A stretch of 64,000 bases of DNA from Oribacterium sinus (GCF_963553175.1 NZ_CAUVME010000009.1:9310-73309), one strand, 5' to 3'; shown: positions 29,865 through 39,759, counted from the first letter of the stretch. Numbers and translations are program-made. The notes: a model not told the origin generated them from the sequence alone.

Positions 29865-30763
29865 TGATTATATTTTAGAATGTAGTCCACCGCCTGAGGC
29901 AAGCCGCCTTCCAGAATAGGGGCGGTGATGTAGTTTGCTACAGCTTTACATTCTTCTTTGGCGTTGCCCATGGCGATACCCATTCCCACATGGGAGAGCA
30001 TTTCCACATCATTCCAGCCGTCTCCGATGGCGGCACATTCTTCTCTTTGAATGCCTAAAGCCTTACAAATGGCTTCTATGCCGGAAACCTTGGAAATATT
30101 TCTTTTGGTCACGTCAAAGGATAGACCGTCGGACCAGCGAACCAAATGGCAGTCCGGAATTCTTCTTTCCAACTCTTCCACTTGTGCTTCATTGAGCACC
30201 GGTATCAGCATATAAAGAGGATTCTTCCTGGCTTCCGACAAAGGAAGGATGGGAGGAATTCCGGATTTGATTTCCGAAAGACAATGTAGCAAGGCGTCAT
30301 TTACAAAGTTGGCGTAGAGCCGTCTCTCTTCCAAAAACAGAATGGGAAAGGTGCTTTCTTCCGCCATAGCAAGGACATTTTCCACCATTTCTCCGGGGAT
30401 GGCTTCTTGTAAAAGTACCTCTCCGTTTTTGGGGTCAAAGTAAGGCAGGGGAATCCCTGCCTCATCAATCAGGAAGTGGTAGTCCTTAGGCTTTCTGGCT
30501 CCCTGCTTTTGGAAAACAGGTCTTGCCTTTTCCGGATGCAGGATGTAGTCATAGCCTCCGTCTAAAGTGACAAAGGCATCGAAATACATATCCTCCACCA
30601 AGCCTTCATTATAGATTTCCACCCAGTGCCTTCCGGTGGCAATGGCACAAAGCACTCCTGCCTCCTGCGCTCTTCTGACGGCAGCCTTGCTATCCTCCGG
30701 AATGATTCCGGTTTCAAAGGGACGAAGAGTGCCGTCGATATCAAAGAAGATGATTTTTATCAT
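29849..30763 (-). CDS. Cof-type HAD-IIB hydrolase
   Basis: FFDIDGTL, IATGR, SKVSG, AIGDGWNDVEM. Confidence 0.93.
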   Translation of the reverse strand: MIKIIFFDIDGTLRPFETGIIPEDSKAAVRRAQEAGVLCAIATGRHWVEIYNEGLVEDMYFDAFVTLDGGYDYILHPEKARPVFQKQGARKPKDYHFLIDEAGIPLPYFDPKNGEVLLQEAIPGEMVENVLAMAEESTFPILFLEERRLYANFVNDALLHCLSEIKSGIPPILPLSEARKNPLYMLIPVLNEAQVEELERRIPDCHLVRWSDGLSFDVTKRNISKVSGIEAICKALGIQREECAAIGDGWNDVEMLSHVGMGIAMGNAKEECKAVANYITAPILEGGLPQAVDYILKYNQTQKK

Positions 30764-31779
30764 GCTTCCTCATTTCCATTTACCTCTTTAGGAGCATCAG
30801 AGGTAGAGCTACTTTCAGCTGCCGGAGTAGAGCTGTTCCCCGAATCGGAGTCAGTCACCGGAGTGGAGGGAGAAACGAGGGTTTCCTTCAAACTGCTTAA
30901 CAAGCCGGCCATATTCTGGATGTCGGAAGGAATAATAATCTTGGTAGCCTTTCCTTCGGATACCTTGACAAAGGCTTCTAAGCTACGAATGCGAAGTACC
31001 GCATCATCTGCACCGGCTTCCTTCAAAAGGCGAATACCTTCCGCCTCCGCTCTTTGCACATTCAAAATCGCCTGGGCACGACCTTCAGCCTCTTGAATTT
31101 CTTTTTCCTTCTGGGCTTCTGCGGCAAGGATGGTCTTCTTCTTGTCCGCTTCTGCATTCAGGATTGCAGCCTCCTTGTTACCCTGTGCAGTTTGAATTGC
31201 GGCTTCTTTTTTACCCTCTGCTAGAGTAATAGCCTCTCTCTTCTCACGCTCCGCCTTCATCTGCTTCTCCATGGCCTCGCGGATAGCCTCAGGAGGAAGA
31301 ATGTTCTTTAACTCTACACGGTTCACCTTGATACCCCAAGGATCGGTAGCCACATCCAAAAGAGAACGCATCTGGGTGTTGATTTCATCACGGGAAGTTA
31401 AAGTGGTATCCAAGTCCATGGAACCGATGATGTTACGAAGAGTAGTAGCGGTTAAGTTTTCAATCGCTGCGATGGGATTCTCCACACCGTAGGCATAAAG
31501 CTTAGGATCGGTGATGACGAAGAAGACAACGGAGTCGATTCGCATGGTAACATTATCCTTGGTAATAACCGGCTGGGGCGGGAAGTCCGCTACCTGCTCC
31601 TTTAAGTTAATTCTCTTGGCGATACGATCCGCAAAGGGAATCAGGAAGTGAATACCCGGGCGCCATACAGTATGAAAGCGTCCAAGACGCTCTACAACCA
31701 TGGCACAGGCCTCCGATACGATACGAATGGTGGTGCTGATCAGCACAATTACAACAACCAAAAAAACAATAAATGGCAT
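30760..31779 (-). CDS. SPFH/Band 7 (QmcA/paraslipin-like) protein
   Basis: VVERLGRF, ITKDNV, WGIKVNRVE, MEKQMKAERE. Confidence 0.95.
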   Translation of the reverse strand: MPFIVFLVVVIVLISTTIRIVSEACAMVVERLGRFHTVWRPGIHFLIPFADRIAKRINLKEQVADFPPQPVITKDNVTMRIDSVVFFVITDPKLYAYGVENPIAAIENLTATTLRNIIGSMDLDTTLTSRDEINTQMRSLLDVATDPWGIKVNRVELKNILPPEAIREAMEKQMKAEREKREAITLAEGKKEAAIQTAQGNKEAAILNAEADKKKTILAAEAQKEKEIQEAEGRAQAILNVQRAEAEGIRLLKEAGADDAVLRIRSLEAFVKVSEGKATKIIIPSDIQNMAGLLSSLKETLVSPSTPVTDSDSGNSSTPAAESSSTSDAPKEVNGNEEA

Positions 31780-31784
31780 ATTCT

Positions 31785-32117
31785 TTATCCTTTCTTTTTA
31801 TTATAGGAAAATGTTGGTTTCGGCGGATCATTTGTTTTCTTCATAACCGTATCCACCATTTGAGATTGACTGGGATCGTGCTTTTGCTTTAAGGGATTTT
31901 GCTTTGCAGAAATCACCGAGGAACCTTTGTGATCCACTTTATTCAGCAAGGTGATTTTTCGCCCATTTCCATGATATTCACAGAAATCGTCCGGAAGAGA
32001 ATGGGAACGATTGATAAACACCCGGTCATCCAAAACCCAGGGATTTTTCACGATCTTTTTGCAAACCGGGCAAAAGCGATTCACTAAGGTAGAATCACAT
32101 ATCGGACAAATCAGCAT
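31785..32117 (-). CDS. Small hypothetical protein with N-terminal CxxC...CxxC zinc ribbon
   Basis: AAAGGAGG RBS before ATG 32117; MLICPIC...FCPVCK. Confidence 0.65.
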   Translation of the reverse strand: MLICPICDSTLVNRFCPVCKKIVKNPWVLDDRVFINRSHSLPDDFCEYHGNGRKITLLNKVDHKGSSVISAKQNPLKQKHDPSQSQMVDTVMKKTNDPPKPTFSYNKKKG

Positions 32118-32266
32118 GAACCCTCCTTTCATTAGTCTTAAAAAATATAACAAATGCAACCTTTTAAATATATCATAAAGGAAGAAAAAAGAATAGGGAG
32201 AAGAGGAAATGGTTTCGGCCGCGGTACTGTCAAGTAATCGTTGGCAACTCCATCATACAGACTTAT

Positions 32267-32467
32267 GAATGTCTTGCTTCGGTTTAGGCTCTGCCTCAAA
32301 GACACACTACGTTTCCTTCTCGCTGCACTCGCTTTTTCACTCAGGCTCCTGCGCAAACTCGCCCTTCGGGCTCAAACATGCGCCCGCCTTCGTTGCTAGA
32401 GTGCAGCTCCCTACGGAAGCCTCGCGACCGTCTTTTTCGTGCATAGCCTAAGCCCTCGCAAAGATTC
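32267..32467. repeat. Long imperfect palindrome related to the repeat family
   Basis: Nested stems TCTTGC/GCAAAGA, GGTTTAGGCT/AGCCTAAGCC, GCTGCACTC/GAGTGCAGC, GCGCA/TGCGC around the tip AAACTCGCCCTTCGGGCTCAAAC. Confidence 0.7.
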
Positions 32468-32769
32468 CTTAATACCCTGTACCATAGAAAGCAACTTCCT
32501 GCAATCTCCTCTTTTATCAGTATCAAGCCCCAACATATGACCTATGACCGGATACCGGTATCCTTTACCTCTACCATAGAATTCATCATACAGCCCCTTT
32601 CTTCCTTTGAAAAAAATTATAAAAATTGTAAAGAGATAAGATGCTCTTTTCTTGTATCTCCTGCGGAAAGCATGATATTATGGGGGATATTGAAAATCCT
32701 GATAGGAGGTTTTCGTGAAGGTCGACATGAAGGCTTTCGGGAAGGCCGATAGAAAGCAAAAGGAGAAGG

Positions 32770-33693
32770 ATGGAAAGAAGAGAGTGGAAAAGGGAAGCCA
32801 GCAACGGGCTTGGGAAAATTTATAATGTTCTGTGGCAGGAGGAAAGCCTTGAAAAGAAAGGGATTCTTTTTGTTCTCCACGGGATGCAGGGGCATATCGG
32901 AAAATATCGTTACCTTTTTGAGTATATGGCGAAGCAGGGCTATGTGGTTTGCGGTATGGATATGCAGGGGCATGGAAAAAGTGCCAATATCCCCGGCTAC
33001 TTTGGGGACAGCTCCGGCTGGGAAAGTATGATTCATGACATTCACAGAAGCCTCTTGCAGATCAAGAAATGGTTTCCGAATCTGCCTGTGTTTCTCTTTG
33101 GCCATTCCATGGGGTCCTTCCTGGCAAGAGATTATGCGGCAAGCTATGGAGCGGACTTAAAGGGCTTACTGCTTTCCGGAACGGCAGGAGGAAGCCCTTT
33201 ACTGCTTCCGGTGCAGGGCTACATTGCTGTTCAAAAGAAGCTTCGAGGAGCTAAGGATGATGCGCTAAAGGAAAGCATTCTATTAGCGAAGTATTTCAAC
33301 AGACATATTCCGAATCCCAAGAGCCTATCAGCTTGGATTTGCACTAAGGAAGAGGTGAGTCAGGCAAATAGTCGGGATCCTTTGGCAGTGGGCTTTACTC
33401 TGGGAGCTTATGCCGACCTCTTGGCTGCTTTGGTAAGGGTTAATGAATATGCGGAAATCAAAAAGCTGAAGGATATTCCCTGCTTTATTTTTTCCGGCGG
33501 TGCGGATCCGGTGGGAGAATACGGCAAGGGTCCGGCAAGTCTTTATGCTATGCTAAAGCAACTGGGAAATCCCAAGCTTAAGCTTCATATTTTCCCCAAA
33601 TTACGGCATGAAGTCTTGAATGAAGAGGTACGTCCGATTCTTTTACAGGAAATGACGGCGTTTATGGAAGAGGTAAGACAAGAACGTAACTAG
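32770..33693 (+). CDS. Alpha/beta hydrolase (lysophospholipase-like)
   Basis: LHGM, GHGKS, GHSMG nucleophile motif, GGADPVG, RHEVLNE. Confidence 0.92.
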   Translation: MERREWKREASNGLGKIYNVLWQEESLEKKGILFVLHGMQGHIGKYRYLFEYMAKQGYVVCGMDMQGHGKSANIPGYFGDSSGWESMIHDIHRSLLQIKKWFPNLPVFLFGHSMGSFLARDYAASYGADLKGLLLSGTAGGSPLLLPVQGYIAVQKKLRGAKDDALKESILLAKYFNRHIPNPKSLSAWICTKEEVSQANSRDPLAVGFTLGAYADLLAALVRVNEYAEIKKLKDIPCFIFSGGADPVGEYGKGPASLYAMLKQLGNPKLKLHIFPKLRHEVLNEEVRPILLQEMTAFMEEVRQERN

Positions 33694-33756
33694 GATAGAA
33701 GACAAGATTTTTACTAATTAAAATAAAGCGAATGAAAATACCGGGAAGGAGAGGAA

Positions 33757-34104
33757 ATGGAGAAAAAGATACTCTATATCCATCGAAAAGATGTCGATAA
33801 AGTAAATAAGGTCCGGGGTGTGGCCATCATCCGAAAGATTCGGCTGCTGTCTGCACCGGAAGAGGAAATACTGAGTCTTCCGGAGGATGCGGAGCTTTTG
33901 AAATTCATCGGATTTTCCCCCAAGGAGGTGGGAGACTTTTTAACGGATTTGAAGAAGCTGGGTATCCGGGTGGATTTAAAATGTATGGAAACGGAGCATA
34001 ATAGGGATTGGAGTCTTTTGCAGCTGTATAAGGAGCTGGAGGAAGAGCACCGGTATATGACCGCAAGAAGACAAGAGCAGCAGAACGAGGAAAAGTCTTC
34101 TTAA
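33757..34104 (+). CDS. DUF3783-like protein
   Basis: C-terminal LKCMETEHNRDWSLLQLYKELEEEH motif. Confidence 0.7.
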   Translation: MEKKILYIHRKDVDKVNKVRGVAIIRKIRLLSAPEEEILSLPEDAELLKFIGFSPKEVGDFLTDLKKLGIRVDLKCMETEHNRDWSLLQLYKELEEEHRYMTARRQEQQNEEKSS

Positions 34105-34139
34105 GGGAACGATTTTTAAATAAGAAAAAGGGAGAAGCT

Positions 34140-34868
34140 ATGCAGGAAGAGCAGGATAAGAAAAAGAGCAGTCGGAAGAAACCCCAAAGCTTTTTGGGAG
34201 AGCTTTTTGAGTGGGTGAAGATTCTTTTGGTGGCGGGAATTGCTGCATTTTTACTGAACAATTATGTGATTGCCAATTCCACTATTCCCACAGGATCTAT
34301 GGAAAATACCATTATGGCGGGAAGCCGCGTTTTCGGTTCCCGGCTTCATTACCGTTTCGGACAGGTGGAAAGAGGAGATGTGGCTATCTTTTTGTATGGC
34401 TACCAATGTCGAAATGACCATCAGATTTACCGGGAAAATGATAAGGGAGTCTGCCCCTATGACGGCCGGGAGGATAAGAGAAACCAGGTCATTTACTATG
34501 TAAAGAGAGTCATCGGTATGCCGGGAGACCATGTGGAAGTAAAGAAGACCGGAGAGGTGGATGCCGGCATGATTAAGAAGCTGGCAGTACAGTCTTCTTC
34601 CGGAAAGGTGCCGGTGGGTACCGTATACATTAATGGAAAAGCCATTACGGAAAGTTATTTACCGGAGCCCATGATTGTGGATGGCAACCAATTTCCGGAG
34701 GTAGATGTGACCGTGCCGGAGGGCTGCTACTTTATGATGGGAGATAACCGAAACAATTCTGCGGATGCTCGTTTCTGGGGAGAAAACCAGTTTGTAAAGC
34801 GGGAGAAAATGTTGGCTAAGGTATACATTTGCTATTGGCCTTTAAATCGCGCAGGATTCATCCATTAA
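34140..34868 (+). CDS. lepB: Signal peptidase I
   Basis: IPTGSMENT (Ser), YVKRVIG (Lys), MGDNRNNSADAR. Confidence 0.95.
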   Translation: MQEEQDKKKSSRKKPQSFLGELFEWVKILLVAGIAAFLLNNYVIANSTIPTGSMENTIMAGSRVFGSRLHYRFGQVERGDVAIFLYGYQCRNDHQIYRENDKGVCPYDGREDKRNQVIYYVKRVIGMPGDHVEVKKTGEVDAGMIKKLAVQSSSGKVPVGTVYINGKAITESYLPEPMIVDGNQFPEVDVTVPEGCYFMMGDNRNNSADARFWGENQFVKREKMLAKVYICYWPLNRAGFIH

Positions 34869-34888
34869 GTCGAAACAGACAGGAGAGT

Positions 34889-34916
34889 AAAAAAGCGGTG
34901 AAATCCCGCTTTTTTT
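34889..34916 (+). terminator. Intrinsic terminator
   Basis: AAAAAAGCGG-TGAAATC-CCGCTTTTTTT. Confidence 0.7.
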
Positions 34917-34976
34917 CACATTTTCAACACAGGAACACAGTAAAATTTCAGAAAACGCTTTGAAGGAGGTGCCTTT

Positions 34977-36371
34977 ATGGGAAAGACAGAGGGACAGAAG
35001 TTAGAAGAGGAGTTGTGTTTTAAGCCTCAGCATATTGCAAAGGAAAGACCGGAGGATTTGCAGAAGGCCATGGATTTTGCGGAGGGCTACAAGACCTTCT
35101 TAGACCGGTCCAAGATTGAAAGAGAATGCGTAAAGTACAGCGAGGAGCTGGCGAAGAAGGCGGGCTACAAGGAATTTGCAAGAGGCGTGAAGTATAAAAC
35201 CGGAGATAAGCTATACTTTATCAACAGAGGCAAGAACATTTTCCTGGTAACCATGGGAAAGAAGCCCTTGGATCAGGGAATTCATTTTAATATTGCCCAC
35301 ATTGATTCTCCCAGAATCGACTTAAAGCCCAATCCGCTTTATGAGCAGGAAGAGCTTTCTTATTTTAAGACTCACTATTATGGGGGAATCAAGAAGTACC
35401 AGTGGAGTACCATTCCTCTGGCTCTTCACGGAAGAGTAATGTTCCGGGATGGCAAGCATGTGGATTTTGACCTTGGAGAGAAGGAAGGAGATCCTATCCT
35501 GGTGATTACCGACCTGCTTCCCCACCTTTCCAAGAAGCAGGACGACCGTAAGTTAAGTGACGGTATCCGGGGAGAGGAGTTAAATATCCTTTTGGGCTCT
35601 ACCCCTGTTGATGACAAGGAAGTAAAGGAAGCCTTTAAGCTGAAGATTCTTTCCATTCTTCATGAGCAGTACGGCATGGTAGAGCAGGATTTTATGCGGG
35701 CTGAGCTTACCTTGGTTCCTGCACAGAAGGCTTGCGATGTGGGACTGGATCGTTCCATGGTAGGCGCTTACGGACAGGATGATAAGGTTTGTGCTTATAC
35801 CGCTTTGATGGCGGAGCTGGAGTGTAAGACTCCGGAATTTACTTCTCTTACCGCATTGGTGGATAAGGAAGAAATCGGCTCCACCGGAAATACCGGAATG
35901 CAGTCCGATGCTCTTCTCCACTTTGTAGAGGATTTGGCGGAGTGTGAGGGAGAGAGAGTACGGGATATCCTGAGAAACTCCATTTGTCTTTCTTCCGATG
36001 TAAATGCAGCCTATGACCCGACCTGGGCGGATGTATATGAGAAGCAGAACTCCTGTTTCTTTAACCATGGTCCGGTTCTCACCAAGTACACCGGCTCCAG
36101 AGGAAAGGGCTATTCCAATGATGCTTCCGCAGAGACTATGCAGAAGGTTATCGGATACATGGAAGATGCCAAGGTTTGCTGGCAGGTGGGAGAGCTTGGT
36201 AAGGTAGACGAAGGCGGCGGAGGAACCATTGCCATGTATATGGGCAATATGAATGTGGATACCGTAGACTTAGGAGTAGCAGTTCTTTCCATGCATGCGC
36301 CATTTGAATTGACAGCAAAGCTGGATGTTTATTATACTTACAAGGCATTTTTAGCTTTCAATAGAGAGTAA
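34977..36371 (+). CDS. M18 family aminopeptidase
   Basis: AHIDSPRID, THYYGGIKKYQW, GQDD, DKEEIGS, LSMHAP. Confidence 0.94.
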   Translation: MGKTEGQKLEEELCFKPQHIAKERPEDLQKAMDFAEGYKTFLDRSKIERECVKYSEELAKKAGYKEFARGVKYKTGDKLYFINRGKNIFLVTMGKKPLDQGIHFNIAHIDSPRIDLKPNPLYEQEELSYFKTHYYGGIKKYQWSTIPLALHGRVMFRDGKHVDFDLGEKEGDPILVITDLLPHLSKKQDDRKLSDGIRGEELNILLGSTPVDDKEVKEAFKLKILSILHEQYGMVEQDFMRAELTLVPAQKACDVGLDRSMVGAYGQDDKVCAYTALMAELECKTPEFTSLTALVDKEEIGSTGNTGMQSDALLHFVEDLAECEGERVRDILRNSICLSSDVNAAYDPTWADVYEKQNSCFFNHGPVLTKYTGSRGKGYSNDASAETMQKVIGYMEDAKVCWQVGELGKVDEGGGGTIAMYMGNMNVDTVDLGVAVLSMHAPFELTAKLDVYYTYKAFLAFNRE

Positions 36372-36434
36372 ACTCATTGACAGCAAAAATATCGAAAACA
36401 GGAAAAGAATTTTTCCAAGAAACTAAGGAGTATT

Positions 36435-37790
36435 ATGAGAAAAAGAAAATTATTTGCATCGGCAGCCATTCTGGCTATGGCGATTATGGCAGCAGCCTGC
36501 GGCAAGAAGACAGAGACCAAGGAGTCTGAGAAGGCTTCCGGAAGCGAAGTAAGTTCCTCCACCTTAACCGAGGACAGTCCTGAGATTAAAGAGCTGGAGG
36601 CTTTAAAGGTTCCTGCTGAGCCTAAGCTTTCCGAGATGGGAAGCATCACTCTCCCGGATTTAAAGAGCATTACCGTTACGGTAGCACCTTTGGAGAATGT
36701 AACCCAGGAAGAAGTGGACAATGCCATCCAGCAGACCTTGGATCAGAATCCTACCGTGGTAGATGATGCGGCCAAGGAAGGAGATACTGTAAATATCGAC
36801 TACAGCGGTTCCATTGACGGAAAGAAGTTTGACGGCGGCACAGCGGAGAAGCAGGATCTGAAGCTTGGTTCCGGACAGTTCATCCCGGGATTTGAAGATC
36901 AGCTGATTGGTAAGAAGGCCGGAGAAGAGGTTACCGTAAAGGTTACTTTCCCGGAGAGCTATGGCAATGAAGAGCTTGCCGGAAAGAATGCGGAATTTGC
37001 GGTAAAGATTCATGAAGTAAAGCGTCCTGCTACCTTGACGGATGAATGGGTAAAGAACTATGACGGCACCACTGCGGAAACCGTAGAAAGCTATCGCGAT
37101 CAGGTTCGTGAGCAGCTTCAGGCCAGAAAAGATTTTAACTACCACTCCAACATTCAGGATCAGGCACTTCAGGCGATCAGTGAAAAAGCTACCGTTAAGC
37201 CTTCCGAGAAGCTTATGGAATACGCAAAGGCTTACCTTTTAGATGCAACTCTTAAACAGATGAAGAGCTACGGCCTGTCCGTTGCGGATATCATCAACAT
37301 GTCCGGAAAGACCGTGAAAGAGTATAAAGAGGATGCCTATGCCAAAGCGGAGGATTATGCAAAGCAGCTTTTCTTAATGCGAAAGCTGGCAGATGATCAG
37401 GGCATTAAGGTAACGGATGCTTTATTGGATGAGCTGGCTGAGGCGGAGTCTTCCTTGACCGGAGAAAAGACTAACCGTGTGAAGCTGATTGAGCAGTACG
37501 GTAAGGAGCTGGTAGAAGAGGCTGCAATCCGTAATAAAGTAATGGAATACATTGAGTCTCAGGTTACCGTAAAGAATGAAGAGCCTTCCGTAATCATGGA
37601 GCAGGACAGCGATAAGGGCAAGGAGAGCAAGGCAAGCGAAGCCGAGACAGAGGCTGCAAAGGAGCAGGAGTCTTCTGCAAGCAAAGAATCCTCCAAGGCT
37701 AAGGACGATTCCAAGAAGAAGGAAGAGACTATCGCTTCTACAGAGGAAAGCTCTGTAATGGCTACCATCGAAACCAAGGCAAAAGAGTAG
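36435..37790 (+). CDS. Trigger-factor-like FKBP PPIase with lipoprotein signal peptide
   Basis: Lipobox MAAAC; FKBP domain GDTVNIDYSG...FDGG...LGSGQFIPGFEDQL...FPESY; trigger-factor-like C-terminal domain. Confidence 0.85.
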   Translation: MRKRKLFASAAILAMAIMAAACGKKTETKESEKASGSEVSSSTLTEDSPEIKELEALKVPAEPKLSEMGSITLPDLKSITVTVAPLENVTQEEVDNAIQQTLDQNPTVVDDAAKEGDTVNIDYSGSIDGKKFDGGTAEKQDLKLGSGQFIPGFEDQLIGKKAGEEVTVKVTFPESYGNEELAGKNAEFAVKIHEVKRPATLTDEWVKNYDGTTAETVESYRDQVREQLQARKDFNYHSNIQDQALQAISEKATVKPSEKLMEYAKAYLLDATLKQMKSYGLSVADIINMSGKTVKEYKEDAYAKAEDYAKQLFLMRKLADDQGIKVTDALLDELAEAESSLTGEKTNRVKLIEQYGKELVEEAAIRNKVMEYIESQVTVKNEEPSVIMEQDSDKGKESKASEAETEAAKEQESSASKESSKAKDDSKKKEETIASTEESSVMATIETKAKE

Positions 37791-37824
37791 TAGACAGCGG
37801 CGGAAATTTGTTTCGCTTTATGGA

Positions 37825-37869
37825 AAAAGGTCTGAAAAAGGGAAGTTTCCCGATTTCAGGCCTTTTTTA
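37825..37869 (+). terminator. Intrinsic terminator
   Basis: AAAAGGTCTGAAA...TTTCAGGCCTTTTTT. Confidence 0.7.
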
Positions 37870-37958
37870 TGCGTAATGAGTACCACTTTCCCAGTGTGGG
37901 ATATCTCGTTTGCCTCGGACGTATAGCCGGAAACTCTGTAATAGCTTCTAAAAAAATC

Positions 37959-37988
37959 TTGACAAAAATACTTTAGCATAGTAACGTA
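37959..37988 (+). promoter_or_regulatory. -35 box with adjacent HisR-like palindrome
   Basis: TTGACA (37959-37964); TACTTTA-GCATAG-TAACGTA (37969-37988). Confidence 0.55.
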
Positions 37989-38040
37989 TTAGCACAATAG
38001 CAAATCAAAGCAAAAAACAGAGAAGGAAAGGGAGAAGAGT

Positions 38041-38937
38041 ATGAAAAAGTTTGGAAGAAATCTTTTATGGATGGCAACTGCAGGAGTTTTGGCACTGGAA
38101 ATGGTGGCTTGCGGAGGAAAGAGTACTACCGGAAGTAGCTCCGGAAGCAAGGAAGAGGGCAGTACTCAGGCAGGCAGCGAGCAGGCCGGTACCGAGAAGG
38201 CAGGAGAAAAGGCAGAAGCCAAGGTGGAGGGAAGCAACGGAAGCTTCACCGTGGGCTTTGACCAGGAATTCCCTCCCATGGGCTTTGTAGGCGAGGATGG
38301 AAACTATACCGGCTATGACCTGGAGCTGGCAGAGGAAGTGGCAAAGAGATTAGATTTGACCTTTGTACCCAAGCCCATTAACTGGGATGCCAAGGATTTA
38401 GAATTAAATTCCGGAAACATTGATTGCATCTGGAACGGCTTCGGTATGGAAGGCCGTGAGGACAGCTATACCTTTGTGGGACCTTACTTAGCCAATAAGC
38501 AGGTTTTTGTGGTAAGAGAGGACAGCGATATCAGCAGTCTATCCGATTTAAAGGGGAAGGCGGTAGAGGTGCAGAAGGATTCCACCGGACTTACCGCATT
38601 AAATCGAGAGGAAAATAAGAGCTTAAAGGATAGCTTCGGCAGCCTCACCGAGGTGGGAGACTACCAGAATGCCATGATGGATTTGGAATCCGGTGCCTGT
38701 GACGCCATTTGTATGGATTCCGTAGTGGCGGAATATCAGATTAAGACTTTTAAAAAGAAGGCTAAGGTTCTTTCCGAAAGCCTGACTGAGGAGCAGTACG
38801 GTATTGGCTTCAAGAAGGGGAACACCGAACTTGCAGATAAAGTGAAGAAAACTCTTTTGGAAATGAAGGAAGAAGGCGTGATTGATAAAATCAATGAAAA
38901 ATGGTTTGGTACAACAGAAGGTTTTATCTTACAATAG
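38041..38937 (+). CDS. Polar amino acid ABC transporter substrate-binding lipoprotein
   Basis: Lipobox MVAC; VGFDQEFPPMGF, DCIWNG (SBP family 3). Confidence 0.93.
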   Translation: MKKFGRNLLWMATAGVLALEMVACGGKSTTGSSSGSKEEGSTQAGSEQAGTEKAGEKAEAKVEGSNGSFTVGFDQEFPPMGFVGEDGNYTGYDLELAEEVAKRLDLTFVPKPINWDAKDLELNSGNIDCIWNGFGMEGREDSYTFVGPYLANKQVFVVREDSDISSLSDLKGKAVEVQKDSTGLTALNREENKSLKDSFGSLTEVGDYQNAMMDLESGACDAICMDSVVAEYQIKTFKKKAKVLSESLTEEQYGIGFKKGNTELADKVKKTLLEMKEEGVIDKINEKWFGTTEGFILQ

Positions 38938-39086
38938 GAAAGACAAAATTTTGAAACGGTAAATAAAGGCGTTTTGCAGAGAGTAGTAAGGAACATTCAC
39001 AAACACAATAGAGTGAATGGATCAAGAGAGTAAGACGAAATCAATAGAGTAGAAAAGAAGAAATAAAAACGAAAAGGGGAGAAAAA

Positions 39087-39737
39087 ATGGAGTGGACTGT
39101 GGTGCTGTGGAAGCTGGGAGAAGGATTGCTGGTGAGCCTGGGAATCTTCGCCATAACCCTCCTTTTTTCTTTGCCCTTAGGTCTTTTGGTGGCCTTTGGG
39201 AGAATGCATAAGAACCCCTTGATTTCGGGAATCATCAAAATCTACATTTCCTTTATGCGGGGAACCCCCTTAATGCTCCAGCTTTTTATGGTGTATTACG
39301 GCCCCTATTACATTTTCAAAGTCAGCCTCCATCCGGGTTACCGCATGACGGCGGTATATATCGGCTTTATCCTGAATTATGCGGCATATTTTGCAGAAAT
39401 CTACCGTTCGGGAATTCAATCCATGGACCGGGGGCAGTATGAGGCGGCGGAAATTCTCGGCTACAGCAAAATGCAGTGCTTCTTCCGCATTATCCTTCCC
39501 CAGGTTTGGAAGAAGATTCTTCCATCCATTACCAACGAGGTGATTTCTCTGGTAAAGGATACCTCTTTAGCTTTTTCCATTTCCGTTATGGAAATGTTTA
39601 CCCAGGCAAAGGCGCTGTCCTCTTCTCAAAGCTCCATGTTCCCCTTGATTATGGCAGGGGTGCTATACTACATTTTCAATTTTGTGGTAGCCTTTATTAT
39701 GGAACAGATGGAAAAGAAGATGGCCTATTATCAATAA
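39087..39737 (+). CDS. Polar amino acid ABC transporter permease
   Basis: RGTPLMLQL, AEIYRSGI...GQYEAA, LVKDTSL. Confidence 0.95.
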   Translation: MEWTVVLWKLGEGLLVSLGIFAITLLFSLPLGLLVAFGRMHKNPLISGIIKIYISFMRGTPLMLQLFMVYYGPYYIFKVSLHPGYRMTAVYIGFILNYAAYFAEIYRSGIQSMDRGQYEAAEILGYSKMQCFFRIILPQVWKKILPSITNEVISLVKDTSLAFSISVMEMFTQAKALSSSQSSMFPLIMAGVLYYIFNFVVAFIMEQMEKKMAYYQ

Positions 39738-39759
39738 GAGCAATCTATAGGAGAGCGGC

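Noticed and set aside
32138..32752. Short ORFs in the intergenic region before the alpha/beta hydrolase
   Set aside because: No RBS or motifs; better explained as by-products of the GC-richer palindrome.
37973..38012. CIRCE (HrcA) element suggested by TTAGCA repeats
   Set aside because: No inverted GAGTGCTAA half-site.
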